From: Eledone cirrhosa
Lineage: Eukaryota
Reading direction: 5' to 3'
DNA length: 64,000 nucleotides
Assembly (NCBI GenBank): GCA_964016885.1
Contig: OZ024747.1
Span: 85,684,001-85,748,000 of the forward strand
The notes under the pieces are model-generated. The model was not told the origin of the DNA. It saw only the letters and a program-made list of their open reading frames with translations, and searched no databases. Below, piece by piece: positions 40,939 through 54,254 of this stretch. Both the position numbers and the translations under genes were made by a program. The first letter of the stretch is position 1, and the number at the start of each line of letters is the position of its first letter.

Positions 40939-43662
40939 CAAAATATAAAATATAAAATCTTTGCTTAATACATTTAATTGCTGACGACCGTTTCTTCCAG
41001 ATAATTATCTGGAATCATCGGAGCTTACACAATGTTTAAACAAGTAATTACATTCCTAGTCTTTAGATCATTCATTAAGATACAATATTATGAACAGTGT
41101 CAGTGACATCATATTGAAAATCAAGAGTAACAAAATGATATTATAGTAAACAGATAGCAAAATATTGGGAGCTGTTGTATACACACACATACGGACACCA
41201 AAATATTGGGAGCTGTTGTATACACACACATACGGACACCATCACCAACCCACCCATTCTACTTGGTGTGCTATGATATCAATAACATACTATTTATATT
41301 TCTTTATATTTCCAGTTCTCCAGACTTAACCAAGAAATTACTCAGTGGTCCTCAATGTATTTACTGTGGCTTTGATCCAACTGCCAGCAGTCTCCATATT
41401 GGTAACCTACTGGCTATTATAGCATTGTTACATAGTCAGAGAGTTGGACACCAACCTATTGCTTTGGTGGGTCTTAAGAGATTCTATTTCACTTTGTCTC
41501 TTTATGTGTCTCTGCGAGTGCATGTGTGACTGTGTATGTGTTTAAGTATCTGTACGTGTGTGTGTGTGTGTGTATATATATCCGTAGGTCAATGTGTCAG
41601 TGTGTGTGTGTATATATCCGTAGGTCAATGTGTCAGTGTGTGTGTGAATGTATGTGACTGGTCATTATAACATTGTTACATAGAGAGTTGGACATCAAAA
41701 CAAATGTTTGATGTCCAACAATATTTTCTATTTCACTTTATTTGTGTCTTAGTGACTATTTTTACACACCCCTCAGTAGCCTACCAATTCCAATGACTAC
41801 ATATATTTACATACACATCATTACTTAGCTACAAATTTCAGTGACTATACATATATATATATATCATAGCGTCTGTTTTCCCTGCTAGTCTCTTTGTCTA
41901 TCTGTTTGTCTGTCTTTCAGGCATCACCTTGTATAGGGCATCCCTTCCCTCTTTGTATTGATTCTCAGTTGGGTGGCTATACTGCTAAAATAGAGGACCA
42001 TAATGGTTATATTGGATCCATTCATGGATACTGATCTCCTTTTGTATTTGTATGGGCATCATATCTTGAGGATTTAAACTTGGTGGAGCCCATTTCTCTG
42101 CTGGTCTGAACTAAGCCAATTTGATCCAATGAAAAAGAAAGGGAGAGAATAAGAAGAGAGATAAAGAGGACAAATATACCCTTGTGCTAGACTGGTACTT
42201 TATCTATCAGCCTCGGCTGAAAACAAAGTTGACCTCTGTGGTATTTGAACTCAGTCCAGAGAGCCAGAACAAATATGGTAAATCATTCTATCCAATGTCC
42301 TAATGACTCTGAAAAGCATTCTATCTGACATTTTAAGGACTCTGCCAATTTGTCACCTTGTTAATTAAGGTACTCTCTCTTTTACTGTATTGTCCTTTAG
42401 ATGGGTAACTGTACAGCCAACATAGGCAACTCCAGTTGTAATATAAGGTACCCTTTTTTTCAAGCTTTCTCTCTTACTCTATTGTCCTTCAGGTGGGCAG
42501 CTGTACAGCCAAGATAGGTGACCCCAGCGGTAGAAAAACTGACCGTATACCAATGACCAACCAAGAAATTGAGGAAAACAGTTCCAGCATTAAAGAGAGT
42601 TTAAGAAAAATATTTGACAATCATCACAAATTTCTGTGGAAACAACCTAATAAAACGTTACCAGAACCTTTGTGAGTTGAACTTACAAACTCAAAGACTT
42701 TATGTTGTTGTTGGCGTCCTTATTTTTTTATTTTTATGGTGGTGGCAGTGTAGTGTAGTTGTTTGTATTGTTGTAGTTGATGGTGTTGTTGGCAGTAGCA
42801 TTGTAGTTGCAAGCCTTTTTTTTAACACATAGCAATTTGCCTTACACTTTTTTCCTTGAGTTCTCTTTGTGCATTCTTTCCTTATTTTCTTAAGTAGGAC
42901 TGTAGTCTGAAACACCAACAATGCCTTTTGTTCACTCTGAGCATCAATCTAAAAAGTTTCTTAACTTATTCCTTGTTTATTTAAAATTGATTTGGGGTTG
43001 GTTTCTACAGCTGGATGCCATTCCTATCACTAACTTCATTTACATTGTGTATTGGGTGTCTTTTATTGTGGCACCAAAATGACCACTTTACAGTGTGGCC
43101 TGAGCACTTTTTGTTGTGACACTAACACAACCATTTTACAGTGTGGGCTGGATGCTTTTTGTCATAGCACCAAAACGACCACTTTACAGTGTGGACTAGT
43201 AATTGAGGTGTGTAGGAATTGGTTCTCAATCCTGTGTCATCCCCTTTGCTGGCATGGTTAGACATAACTCTGAGGCAATGTTTTACAACTGGATGCCCTT
43301 TCTGACACCAATCCTAGTCTATTCTTATGACATGCAGGGATGTACCTATTCTAAATCAGATACACACACTATATATATAGGCGGATCTTCTGTATTACTG
43401 TTCATTTGTTGAAGATCGTGATATTTAATTAATGTTTATGTGATTTCTTCTTAACAGAATCCTTGACAATAAAGACTGGTACTCTGATCTCAATGTTGTT
43501 GATTTCCTTGCTAAATATGGTCGAGGTTTCCGATTGGCTGATATGTTGTCAAAACACAGGTAAATAATATCATTATCACACACTACCTTCTCACTGTCTG
43601 CCTTTATGATATCTCTCTCTCCTCTCTTATATTACAGTATTTCATTCTTCACACACAACACT

Positions 43663-43701
<39 letters not shown>

Positions 43702-46129
43702 TAATGTATGTGTACATGTTCGCGATCTTTAACTTGTGAAGCATTAAAAAATTCGAATTGACAACTAGGGGAGACGACTCCTTGATACAACTTGCTGAAG
43801 ACTTAACAGTGGCATTTACGTAGAAAACATTCAAATCAATTTATTGAAAATTAACCTAGGGTTAGAAGCTTCAGTACATTAAAAATAGTCTAACAAATTG
43901 GGCATAAAAGCCCTTGGAGGAAAAAAGGTGATAGTCCAATTTGTCTCATAGTGGGGAGAGAAAAAAATAAATAAATAAAAACGCGCATTGAAGCTTCTAA
44001 CCCTAGGTCAATCTTCAATAAATACATATGTGCTCAACGTTTCTAAAAATAGGACCTTGAAATCAATATTTGCTGGTGTTGATTGAATTAATGAATAAAT
44101 TATACTAGAACATTATCCAGAGTTAATCCCAGAATCGAGTAGGTGAAAGTATGTTGGTGTGTGTGGTAAATGAAAAACTAACAATGCTACACGATTGATA
44201 TTGAATTTCGTTGTCAAACATGGGAGACAACTTTAGAAATAAGGCGTTTTCAGTGAAAACGTCGTTTTGATTTTTACTTTAAACGTAGTTACTGAATGGA
44301 GTCGTATATAGATCCACATACAACGTGTTTATCTAAAATAAACATAGATTTTATCAGGGCACTAAGACTAGTAAGGGTGTCATATCCTTTAACACAACAG
44401 AAGAGTACTCTCAACCCTTTGTTTAGTATGGTTTTTACTGTTAGATGCCCTTCCTCACACCAACTGCTTTTCTGAGTGTACTGGTTGTATTTTATCATGG
44501 CACTACCACTAGAGAGGTTTTCATGTATTTGATACAACTGAATAGTTTTCTCAATCTGGATGTCGTTCCTAACATTCACTTTTTTCCAGCATATACTGGG
44601 GGCATTTTATATTTTATCATAGCACCAGCACTAAAGAGGTTTTCATGTCCTCGACGTGATTGAAGTGTCTTCTCAACCCTTTGTCATGGTTTCTACATCT
44701 TGATGCCTTTTATAACTTCAACTACTTTACAGAGTGTGCTGTGTGCATTTTATTGTAGTAGCTACACTGGAGAGGTTGTCATGTCCTTGACACAATGAGA
44801 GTCTTATGTAATAAAATATGGCAATATCTTATATTCCAGTGTGAAGAGCCGTCTATCAAGTCCAGGAGGAATGAATTTCACAGAGTTTACTTACCAAATC
44901 TTCCAGTCCTTTGATTGGCTAATGTTACACAACCAGTATAACTGTGCCATACAGGTGAGATATTGTTGTTGTTGTCGGGGTGGTGGATTGGCAGTATCGG
45001 TAGAGCGTCGGACAGCATGCTTTGCAGCATCGAGTTACGGCCCTTTATGTTTCGAGTTCAAATCACGCCGAGGTTAGCTTTGCCTTTCATTCTTACGGGG
45101 TCGATGAAATAAAGTACCAGTAATGCACTGGGTCGCTTTAAACAACTTTCTTCTCTTCAAATTGTTGGCCTTGTGCCTAAATCATTGTTGTTGTTGTTCC
45201 AGTTCTTTATGTTAAGTTCAAACCCTGCTGAGGTCACCTTTGCTTTTCATCCTTTTGGGGTTGATAAAATAAAGTACCAGTAATGTACTAGGGTCAATAT
45301 AATGTACTTTGCTCTTCATCCAAATTGCTGGCATTACACAAATGCTATAAATAATTATTATAGTTGCTGTTGTTGTAGTCTTATATATCTTCAGTTCCAA
45401 ACCTGTTGAAGTTAACTTTGTCTTTCATCCTTCTACAGTTAAGATAAAGTACCAGTTAAGTACGAGGGTCAATCTGTAATGATTTAGCAAAAACTATTTT
45501 GAAAAAGCAGGTTTATTAATTCAGGTCTTTGTAGTCTCCTGGTGGACAGATTGTTGTGAAGATTTTCAGTATTAGTATAACGACTTTAAGTTTTAATGTG
45601 ATGCAAGCACAGTGCTGTTTTCTATTTTTCAAGAATGTCGTGCTAATGCGATTTCATGCGGTACAGGACGTTAAGAATTAAATCCCTCTAAATTGTTGAT
45701 CATTTTCAAAATTACGTGAAAGCTATGGGCAGTGGTTTTTCTTTGAAATATGGTTAAAGTGTTTATTTCTATTACAGATTGGTGGAAATGACCAACTTGG
45801 TAACATAATGACTGGTTACGAATTTATTAGTTATGAATCTGGTGGTAAAGTCTTTGGTAAGTTGGTACTGTACAGTTAACGCTGTTCGTGTTGTTATAGT
45901 CGTTGTTGTTGTTGTTGTTGTTGCTGCTGTTGTCTCTCATCCTTATTAATATCTTCACTCACTCTCTTTTTTAGCTGTCTATGGCAAATCTAGATTAAAG
46001 GGAGGTCACTCTAATATGTTTTTATAGGGTGGAGAGAGAGAGAGAGAGAGAGGGGGAGATAATCGAGGTAGTTAAACTGGATGGCTTCATTACGGAATTG
46101 GACAGTTTTAATGTGTGTACACGTATATA

Positions 46130-46171
<42 letters not shown>

Positions 46172-49100
46172 ATGCACACGCAACAACATACACACACACA
46201 CTCATACATATATATATATACACATATATATATAAATCAAGATGGCTATAGTAAGAAACTGGCTAGACTATTATTCACCACAGTACTCGATACTTGGGGT
46301 AGTAGAGTATGGTTATATGAACGAGTCAGGACCCCGACGGCTGAGCTCTTGCTGCTTCAACAGCTAGTTCCAGACTGAATTGCTGATGTGTTAGTAGTGA
46401 AAGAGCTGTTTCACCAGGTGGTATCAATTAGTCCAAATAAGGGCATACATTATAGAGCCAGTTGTAAAGAATCTTTACAAAAGTATCTGGTTTGTTGAGA
46501 GAGTGGCTGTGTGGGGTTGTATGTATAAATATCTTGCTTAGTGATTGTTCATATGTATGTGTGCAGTCAAGTGTACCTATCTAGATAGCATAATGGTGGA
46601 AAGGGCCGAAATATATTTAGGGAGAAGGTATGTAAGAGTTAGTGTGTGTGTGTGTTTACTCTCTCAGGCATGTTTTCTTGACCGTCAGACGCCCAAAGTA
46701 TAGAATTGGCGTCTATCACATATCAAAGAATCGTGCCTATTGACAGATGGTGATTTATTAGCTATGAACTGGCTAATTTCCTATTCAGCAGAGCATACAC
46801 ACATCTGAAGACAACTAGATACACATGGAGATGTATTTACGCATGAACAAATATTTTCTAAAGTAGGCCAAGAGGCAGAATCAGGGTATTAATGATCCTT
46901 CTTCACAATTGGCATTTTTTAACTTTGCACAGAAATATTTTAAAAGAAAAGTTTTAGATAACAATTTTGGTGATGGATGCAATAATATAATTCCTATTTA
47001 AATCAAACAAATAGAAAATAATAAAGTATAATAAAATACGTATTATGCAACAAATATGATGATGTAGCATCTGTTTTAACGTTTTATATATATAAAAAAT
47101 TTTATTCAAAATAATCCAAGGTGTGACCATTCCGCTGCTGACCTCCACCACTGGAGATAAACTTGGGAAGTCTGCAGGAAACACTGTCTGGTTAAATGCT
47201 GATAAAACATCTCCTTTTGATCTCTATCAGGTGAGCCTTACAATATTATTACTGTTGTTGTTGCTTGTAATTCTAATTACACCTAAGTCAACTTAGTAGA
47301 CAGCCTGTTATATTATATTGAATTATATTACTAGTGGCTGCATGCTTTCAATAATGACGGTAATAGCATTGAATGTATTCAATGTTTGGAGTCCAAGATT
47401 GGTATGCCATATATACTGAGAATACCAGATATATAAACCTGTCTAACCCATGCTAGCATGGAAAACGGACGTTAAACGAAGATGATGATGATGATAAACA
47501 ATCATAGAAACTGGGAAATTTGAATAAGTGAAACACTTAATTTATTTTGTTTACCGACATATGGAAGTGATGATGATATATATATACATATAGCTCCAAT
47601 TAAGTACTGACAAGGTTTGTGATAACCTGTCCAACCATTGCCAGCATGGAAAAACAAATAAATGATGTTGATGTTATATTAGTTGTGTCATAGCCATGAC
47701 AATCTCCCCAGCGTTGGTGATATACATGAACGTACCGAGTACACTCTGTAAAGTGGTTGGTGATAGGAAAGCATCCAGCTGTAGAAAACCTGCCAAACAA
47801 AGGGTCGGGAAGGTTCTTCAACTATGCCAGGACATGACAACTTCTCTATTGCTGGTGTCATGATAAGATGTACTTGGTAAAGGATAGGATCAGTACTTGA
47901 GTACTGGTTGATCTGTGACAACATGTCCAACCCTTTCTAGCAGGGAAAACATGTTAAACAATGATGATGATGATGATAAATATAATACAGTATTTTATAT
48001 CATATTACATTAGGCATTGTTTTATGACCTTTTCTGCTACCAACTCTTTTAGTTGCCTCTTACAACATGCAGAGATACGCTGTACCTATTCTAAGCTGGA
48101 TACACAGAAGGCTGGCAAAGAGGGGATGAAGATAATAGGGAAATATGGAGAAGTCTATCATGGGGTCTGCAAGGCTAACAGCTGCTTTAGCAGGGAAGAT
48201 GAACTTAAACATTTCTTGTTGTATCATGCTATATGTTTTACTCTATTTTCAGTATTTCTTAAACCAATCTGACACAAATGTTGAGAGATTGTTAAAACTG
48301 TACACATTTCTTAGTAATGAACACATTGAAACCATCATGAACAAACATCGAGTAAGTGTAATTATGTTTGGTTTATATATTGATGTTTTTGTGATGGTGT
48401 TGGTGGGGGTTTAGCCTCTTGTCAGTTTTTTTCAACAAACAAACAATCAGTCAGTATAGTTATGTTTGATTCATATACTGCTGTTGTTGTTGTCATAGTG
48501 GTTGTTTAGCCCCAGTTTAGTCATGATCATGCAGATCTATTATCAAGGATGTTCCAGCCACAACCTTTCCATCTCTTGCTCAAGCTTACATTATCCAATG
48601 TGGTCATCCTCTTTTAAATAGGTAATTATTGAATAAGGGTAATTACTAAATGAGTGTATATTATTATTGAGAGAGTGTGGATTATCGAGAGGGTGAATTA
48701 TCAAGAGTGTGGCTTGTTGTGAGAGTGTGGCTTGTTGTGAGAGTGTGGCTTGTTGTGAGAGTGTGGCTTGTTGTGAGAGTGTGGCTTGTTGAGAGAGTGA
48801 ATTATCAAGAGTGTGGCTTGTTGTGAGAGTGTGGCTTGTTGTGAGAGTGTGGCTTGTTGAGAGAGTGTGGCTTGTTGAGAGAGTGTGGCTTGTTGTGAGA
48901 GTGTGGCTTGTTGAGAGAATGTGGCTTGTTGAGAGAGTGTGGCTTGTTGTGAGAGTGTGGCTTGTTGAGAGAGTATGGCTTGTTGAGAGAGTGTGGCTTG
49001 TAAGAGTGTGGCTTGTTGTGAGAGTGGCTTGTTGTGAGAGTGTGGCTTGTTGAGAGAGTGTGGCTTGTTGAGAGAGTGTGGCTTGTTGAGAGAGTGTGGC

Positions 49101-51482
49101 TTGTTGTGAGAGTGTGGCTTGTTGTGAGAGTGTGGCTTGTTGTGAGAGTGTGGCTTGTTGAGAGAGTGTGGCTTGTTGAGAGAGTGTGGCTTGTTGAGAG
49201 AGTGTGGCTTGTTGAGAGAGTGTGGCTTGTTGAGAGAGTGTGGCTTGTTGAGAGAGTGTGGCTTGTGAGAGTGTGGCTTGTTGAGAGAGTGTGGCTTGTG
49301 AGAGTGTGGGTTATTATTGAATGTGGGTAATTATTGAGAGACTTGGTGTTGTTTGAGGCTGATATGGCTATTATTTCTAGCAGGCTGTGTCCACATAAAG
49401 GCTCCCTTGTTGACTCGTGTGTTGTCAGTCATGATAGTGGGTAAGGTAGTTATTGGGTGTGTTTAATACAGAGAAATATTGTAATTAATTAAAATAAATA
49501 ATCAATTTTGGAGTTATAATTATCTGGCAAGTGACTTGATCTGAGCCCATGTGAGGAAACTAAAGTAATTACTGTATGTAAGAGTCATTTAACTATTTAA
49601 AAACACAAAAACATAACTTTACTTTATCAATTATTTCTTCCTGTCAAAATTTGTATTGCCCTGCTTGTGACCCGGTCATTGACTTAGAGGAACTGTGTCA
49701 GTGACCAGGTAAAGTTTTTAAATGACTAAAATGACTCTTCCACACTGTAATTGTATTAATTAATATACTGAAATATTTTGTTATTTAACAGTTGAAACCA
49801 CATGAAAGAATTGCTCAGAGAACCCTTGCTGAGAATGTGGTCTTGTTGGTACATGATGGTAAATAGATTCCTAATTTGTAATATTAAACACAAACATACA
49901 TTTTGGAAGAGTATCAAATATGTTTGATGATTTCTTGAAGACAAGTGTTTGGTAAAATACCAAACCTGTGTGTCTAATAAAAGTTTTGAAACGAATTTAA
50001 GAAATATCACACAGGAATGTTTGATAAAGGTTTCTCAAATATAAATATTTAATGAAAATTGATTTGACATAAATATTTGATGAAATATTTTCTGCTTGGG
50101 AGATTATCATAAAACATACATATTCAGTATTTCATCAAACATTTTTGGTATTTCTTCTGGGAGTTTGATTGATGAGTGTTCCAGTTCTTTGATAAATGGA
50201 ACAGTGTGCTTACACAATTGATGTGTAAATGGCTGAGCATTCCACAGATATGTGTACCCTAATTGTCAAGGAGATTCTGTAGGACAGCATGTAGTAAGGC
50301 TGCTCCTTTGAATTACAGGTACAGTCCATCTGATGGACTTCTAAATAGTTTTTGTCTACCCAATTTCACTTAAAAAGCATGGGTTGACATGATGATGTGG
50401 TAAATACATTTGCCCAAAATGCCTGGCAGTAGGATCAAACCCAGGACCTATTGTGAAGCAAATTTCTTAACCATTTGGTTATGCTGCATCCTCACAACAA
50501 TGTTGCAAAATACAATTGACATTTAGTGTGGTATTTGAAATATTTCTAGAATCTGGTTTGAAGATGGCCAAGCGCTGGACCGAGGCATTGTTCACCAACA
50601 ATTCTGAAATCCTCACCACTCTTACAGAATCTGAAGTTATGGAACTCTTTAAGAATGCAGCCACGTCCCAAATATTCTTGGAACCGGGTATGACTGTTCT
50701 GGACATTTGTATGAAGGCCAAATGTTTTGACCGAGAAGGTTAGTTATTGTGTATCAACATCATTATTGTAGCAATCATCATATCTATTATCATCATCATC
50801 ACCACAACCATAACCACCACCATTATTATCATCATTATTAACTCGTTACCACCGCTACCATTAAGCTCACCAAAAGCATTGTCATCATCATCACCATAAT
50901 TATCACTATCACCTTCAACACTATCACCATCACCGTCAACAAAATCATCATAATAATCACCATCACCACTACCATCATTATCATCATCACCAACAACATA
51001 ACTACCACTGTCATACAGGTGTTATCAGTAGATGCTAGTCCATTTTAAGGTTAATCTCCAGCTAGCTACTACTTTTCAGCTGAGTGAATTATGAAATGAA
51101 GTGCTGTGCTCTAAGGCACAATACACCACCTGGGCTGGAAATGAACATACAAGCATGAACCTAGTAGTATAACTACAGAACCACTTACCTTCCAGTCACA
51201 TAGAACTCCTTACATTGAATCATTATCATTTATTGTTACCTCATGTTATTTCATGTTTCCACTTTAGTCTGTGTTTTTCTTCCACAGTGGATGCAGAACG
51301 TATTATCCGAGCTGGTGGTGTCCGCTTTAACCACCAGAGGGTTGCAGATCCTGATTTAGTCATACAAGAGGGTCAACAAATTCTCTCAAATAAATTATCT
51401 CTGATCCGTGTTGGTACGTAACGTTTTATTTAGGTCTTAACCCTTTAACCTTCCTTTGTTTGTTATATATATATATATATAA

Positions 51483-51517
<35 letters not shown>

Positions 51518-52323
51518 GATATATATAGAGATATTGATATAAGCTTGTGTATTCAATTTTGTCTGAGTTAGCATGGAGACCAATACCTTTGGCTGAATGG
51601 TCAAGAATATGGAGAAGGGTTTCTGCTTAGCTTATTAGATCAGAGAGTAGCACTAAATCATCAGCATCTGTGATTTTTCTGGCAGGATATCTATTACTCC
51701 TTCATGGATGTAGTGTGAATCCATTGTCTTTAATGGTATTGACAGAAGTTCTGAGAATGCAATCCAAGCAAATGATGAAGATATAGGGTGCTAAAGTGTC
51801 ACCTTGCAACATTCTTGCAACAATTTCAAAGAAATATGTATTGCCATCTGGAGATCATACTATTGAATATGTATTATTGTAGAGCATTATAATGGCTTTT
51901 ACTGAGTTCAAATCCCGCCAAGGTTGACTTTGCCTTTCATCCTTACGGGGTCGATAAAATAAAGTACCAGTAATGCACTGGGTAATTGCTGGCCTTGTGC
52001 CTAAAGTAGAAACAATTATAATGGCTTTTACTGTTTCTTTCTGTATAACATAGGCTAGCAGTATTTCTTCCATTTTTACTTCTATGAATCAAATCAAATT
52101 CTTTGGAGAAATCAACAAATAACAGAGCAACATTTAGATTTTTAGTTTTCACATCTTCAAGAATTCTGTGACTAGTTAAGATTTGACCAGTTGTTGATTG
52201 TCCTCTTCAAAATCTGTCTAACCCATATCAATGTCGAAAGTGAACATAAAATGATGATGAATTAAATAAATTATTTATATTTCAGGTAAAAAGAACCATT
52301 ATATTGTCAGGTGGCTTCCTTAA
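37542..52323 (+). CDS. YARS2: Mitochondrial tyrosine--tRNA ligase, 13 coding exons, 479 aa
   Basis: Exons 37542-37612, 40562-40675, 41316-41466, 42493-42671, 43458-43559, 44840-44954, 45778-45856, 47121-47230, 48253-48351, 49792-49858, 50550-50738, 51288-51413, 52286-52323. All introns GT-AG with consistent phases; total 1440 nt. Motifs [36 protein letters not shown] and an S4-like C-terminus. Confidence 0.93.
38812..38995 (+). mobile_element. Nin-domain tRNA-SINE
   Basis: ttggcagtatcggtagag head, gagttcaaatcc B box and Nin core. Further copies at ~38500-38590, 44985-45470 and 53160-53300. Confidence 0.8.
40562..40675 (+). CDS. YARS2: YARS2 exon 2
   Basis: ...[19 protein letters not shown]; tgtag acceptor, gtaaa donor. 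Confidence 0.85.
40980..41024 (-). ncRNA. Type-I hammerhead motif with CCGAUGA variant core
   Basis: Minus strand: gct-CCGATGA-TTCCAGAT-aatt-ATCTGGAA-GAAAC-ggtc-GTC-agc; next to (TA)n in YARS2 intron 2. Confidence 0.65.
41316..41466 (+). CDS. YARS2: YARS2 exon 3 (HIGH motif)
   Basis: [50 protein letters not shown]. Confidence 0.95.
42493..42671 (+). CDS. YARS2: YARS2 exon 4
   Basis: [18 protein letters not shown]...; gtgagt donor. Confidence 0.93.
43458..43559 (+). CDS. YARS2: YARS2 exon 5
   Basis: [33 protein letters not shown]. Confidence 0.92.
44840..44954 (+). CDS. YARS2: YARS2 exon 6
   Basis: [38 protein letters not shown]. Confidence 0.94.
45778..45856 (+). CDS. YARS2: YARS2 exon 7
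   Basis: [26 protein letters not shown]; gtaagt donor. Confidence 0.93.
47121..47230 (+). CDS. YARS2: YARS2 exon 8 (KMSKS-type motif)
   Basis: [36 protein letters not shown]. Confidence 0.95.
48253..48351 (+). CDS. YARS2: YARS2 exon 9
   Basis: [33 protein letters not shown]; gtaagt donor. Confidence 0.92.
48706..49310. repeat. 18-bp minisatellite
   Basis: gagagtgtggcttgttg(t/a), ~30+ copies in YARS2 intron 9. Confidence 0.95.
49792..49858 (+). CDS. YARS2: YARS2 exon 10
   Basis: [22 protein letters not shown]. Confidence 0.9.
50550..50738 (+). CDS. YARS2: YARS2 exon 11
   Basis: [14 protein letters not shown]...[19 protein letters not shown]. Confidence 0.92.
51288..51413 (+). CDS. YARS2: YARS2 exon 12
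   Basis: [22 protein letters not shown]...LSLIRV. Confidence 0.92.
51560..52200 (-). mobile_element. LINE RT remnant with nested Nin-SINE (~51904-52015)
   Basis: [18 protein letters not shown] and [14 protein letters not shown] motifs. The SINE is flanked by the duplicated target attataatggcttttactg. Confidence 0.8.
52286..52323 (+). CDS. YARS2: YARS2 terminal exon
   Basis: [12 protein letters not shown]; AATAAA at 52538-52543. Confidence 0.9.
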
Positions 52324-52353
52324 CCATGTTTACCTGGATGGTGGTTACTTGCC

Positions 52354-52463
52354 ATACTATTCTAAGACTCTCTACATTGGTATACTATTCTAAGACTCTC
52401 TACATTGGTATACCATTCTAAGACTCTCTACATTGGTATACTATTCTAAGACTCTCTACATTG
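52354..52463 (+). repeat. 28-bp tandem repeat x4 in YARS2 3' UTR
   Basis: tactattctaagactctctacattggta between the stop codon and AATAAA. Confidence 0.9.
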
Positions 52464-53988
52464 CTGTTCCTTTGTCGATTGGTTGAATAAGCCGCAACAT
52501 TAAACTCGAAGAAATGATTCAAGAAGATTCAATTTCTAATAAAATATACACACTTTGTGTTGAGTCCATTTTCTTTACCTGCATGCATATATGCATATAT
52601 GCATAACCATCATCACTGCCATTTAACATCCATTTTCCCTGCTAGCAAGGGCTGGGTGAGTTTTCACAGACTGAATCATTAATCAAGCAGGTCTACTGAC
52701 TTCCCAGATAGCCATTTTTCTTGGATCTGGCTGAGGACAAAAATCGTGTCTGTGGTGCTGCAGTTGGCATGAAATCCACATTGGCTTTCTGGGAGGACAT
52801 CTTCTGCAATGGCTGGGATGAGTCTATTGAGCTAGCATTTTGCCTGCTCTGATTTTGCCAGTATCCACATAGTGCTGTATTTTCTCGGCCTGTTCTGTCC
52901 AGTTTATACTGTAGATATAACTTTATCATATACTTCGGCTGTTTAGCACACAACCTTATATATATGTGTGTGTGTGTGTATATATATATATCTTGCAAGC
53001 AGGGAAGAGGACGTAAAATGATGATGATGATGATGTGTGTATGTGTTATATTTTAAATAAACCTGAATCAACTGAATATGGCCCCAGATATTTTATTCGC
53101 ACGCACGCACTCATGCATGTTGGTATCTTGCATGTTGATATTTGCTTAATTAAAGCATTGAGTGAGTGGGAAAACGATCGATGATTTCTCGGTCCTATCC
53201 GATGACTTTGTGTGCTCTGAGTTCAAATCCCGCCGGGGTCAACTTTGCCTTTCATCCAGGTCGATAAAAAAAAAGTACCAGTCCAGTACTGGGATCAATC
53301 CTTCCTCTATTGAAAAAAATCGGCTGTGTTCAGACCTGGAGAGGATTGGGTTCCACCAGGTTTCAAAAGTAGCCTTGTCATACTGTTTGACGGTGCCTCT
53401 ACGACTCCACAAGGAGTTATGGGATCTCTCTCTCACAGACAGAGAAACCACTTTTTTTTTTTTTTTTACGAGACATTGAATGAATTTGAATTTTGAAAGT
53501 GTACTAGCTTATTCTAAGCTGCTACAACACAAGTATAACATAAAAAAAAAATCAGTATATATGATAAGACGGGAAAAGTTGGTTGAGGCACCTGTAGGAT
53601 TGTCATAAACATGTACTGTATGTTTACCATATTCCATTCACAAAGCATTGGTCGACAGGTGGCTATGGTAAAAGACACTTGTCGAACGTGCTGCACTGAA
53701 GTTATGAACCCCAAACCACATGGTTTTGAAGTGGATTCCTTAACCATACCACCGTGTTTGTATGTCTGTATGTAATGTATATACGTTGGTGTGTATATAT
53801 ATTTAGTCTGCATCTGTATGCATGTGCCAATTTGTTTAATTGCATATGTATACATGCATGAGTGAATGTATGTATCTGTGTGTATCTATACATCTACATG
53901 TGAAAATGTATCTATCCATATATATATATATATATATATATATAGATAGGTAAATATACACGGGTGTGTATGATTGTGTATAGAAGAT

Positions 53989-54254
53989 TATATTAATAAG
54001 AGGAATTCCAACTTTGTCTGATTTACTCGTTTTATTTACAATCCTTTAAAATATATAATGGTATTATAATGAAATAGTATGATAGAATATTAAATTCTAA
54101 GTGTTAATTGAACAAGCATGAAAGTACTTGTTCAATTAACACTTAGAATTTAATATTCTATCATACTATTTCATTATAATACCATTATATATTTTAAAGG
54201 ATTGTAAATAAAACGAGTAAATCAGACAAAGTTGGAATTCCTCTTATTAATATA
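53989..54254. repeat. Perfect palindrome, 128-bp arms, 10-nt loop
   Basis: 53989-54116 is the reverse complement of 54127-54254; loop catgaaagta. Confidence 0.95.

Noticed and set aside
46590-46745. Possible hammerhead fragments (ggccgaaa; agacgcc/ggcgtct hairpin)
   Set aside because: No properly placed CUGANGA core; too degenerate to call.
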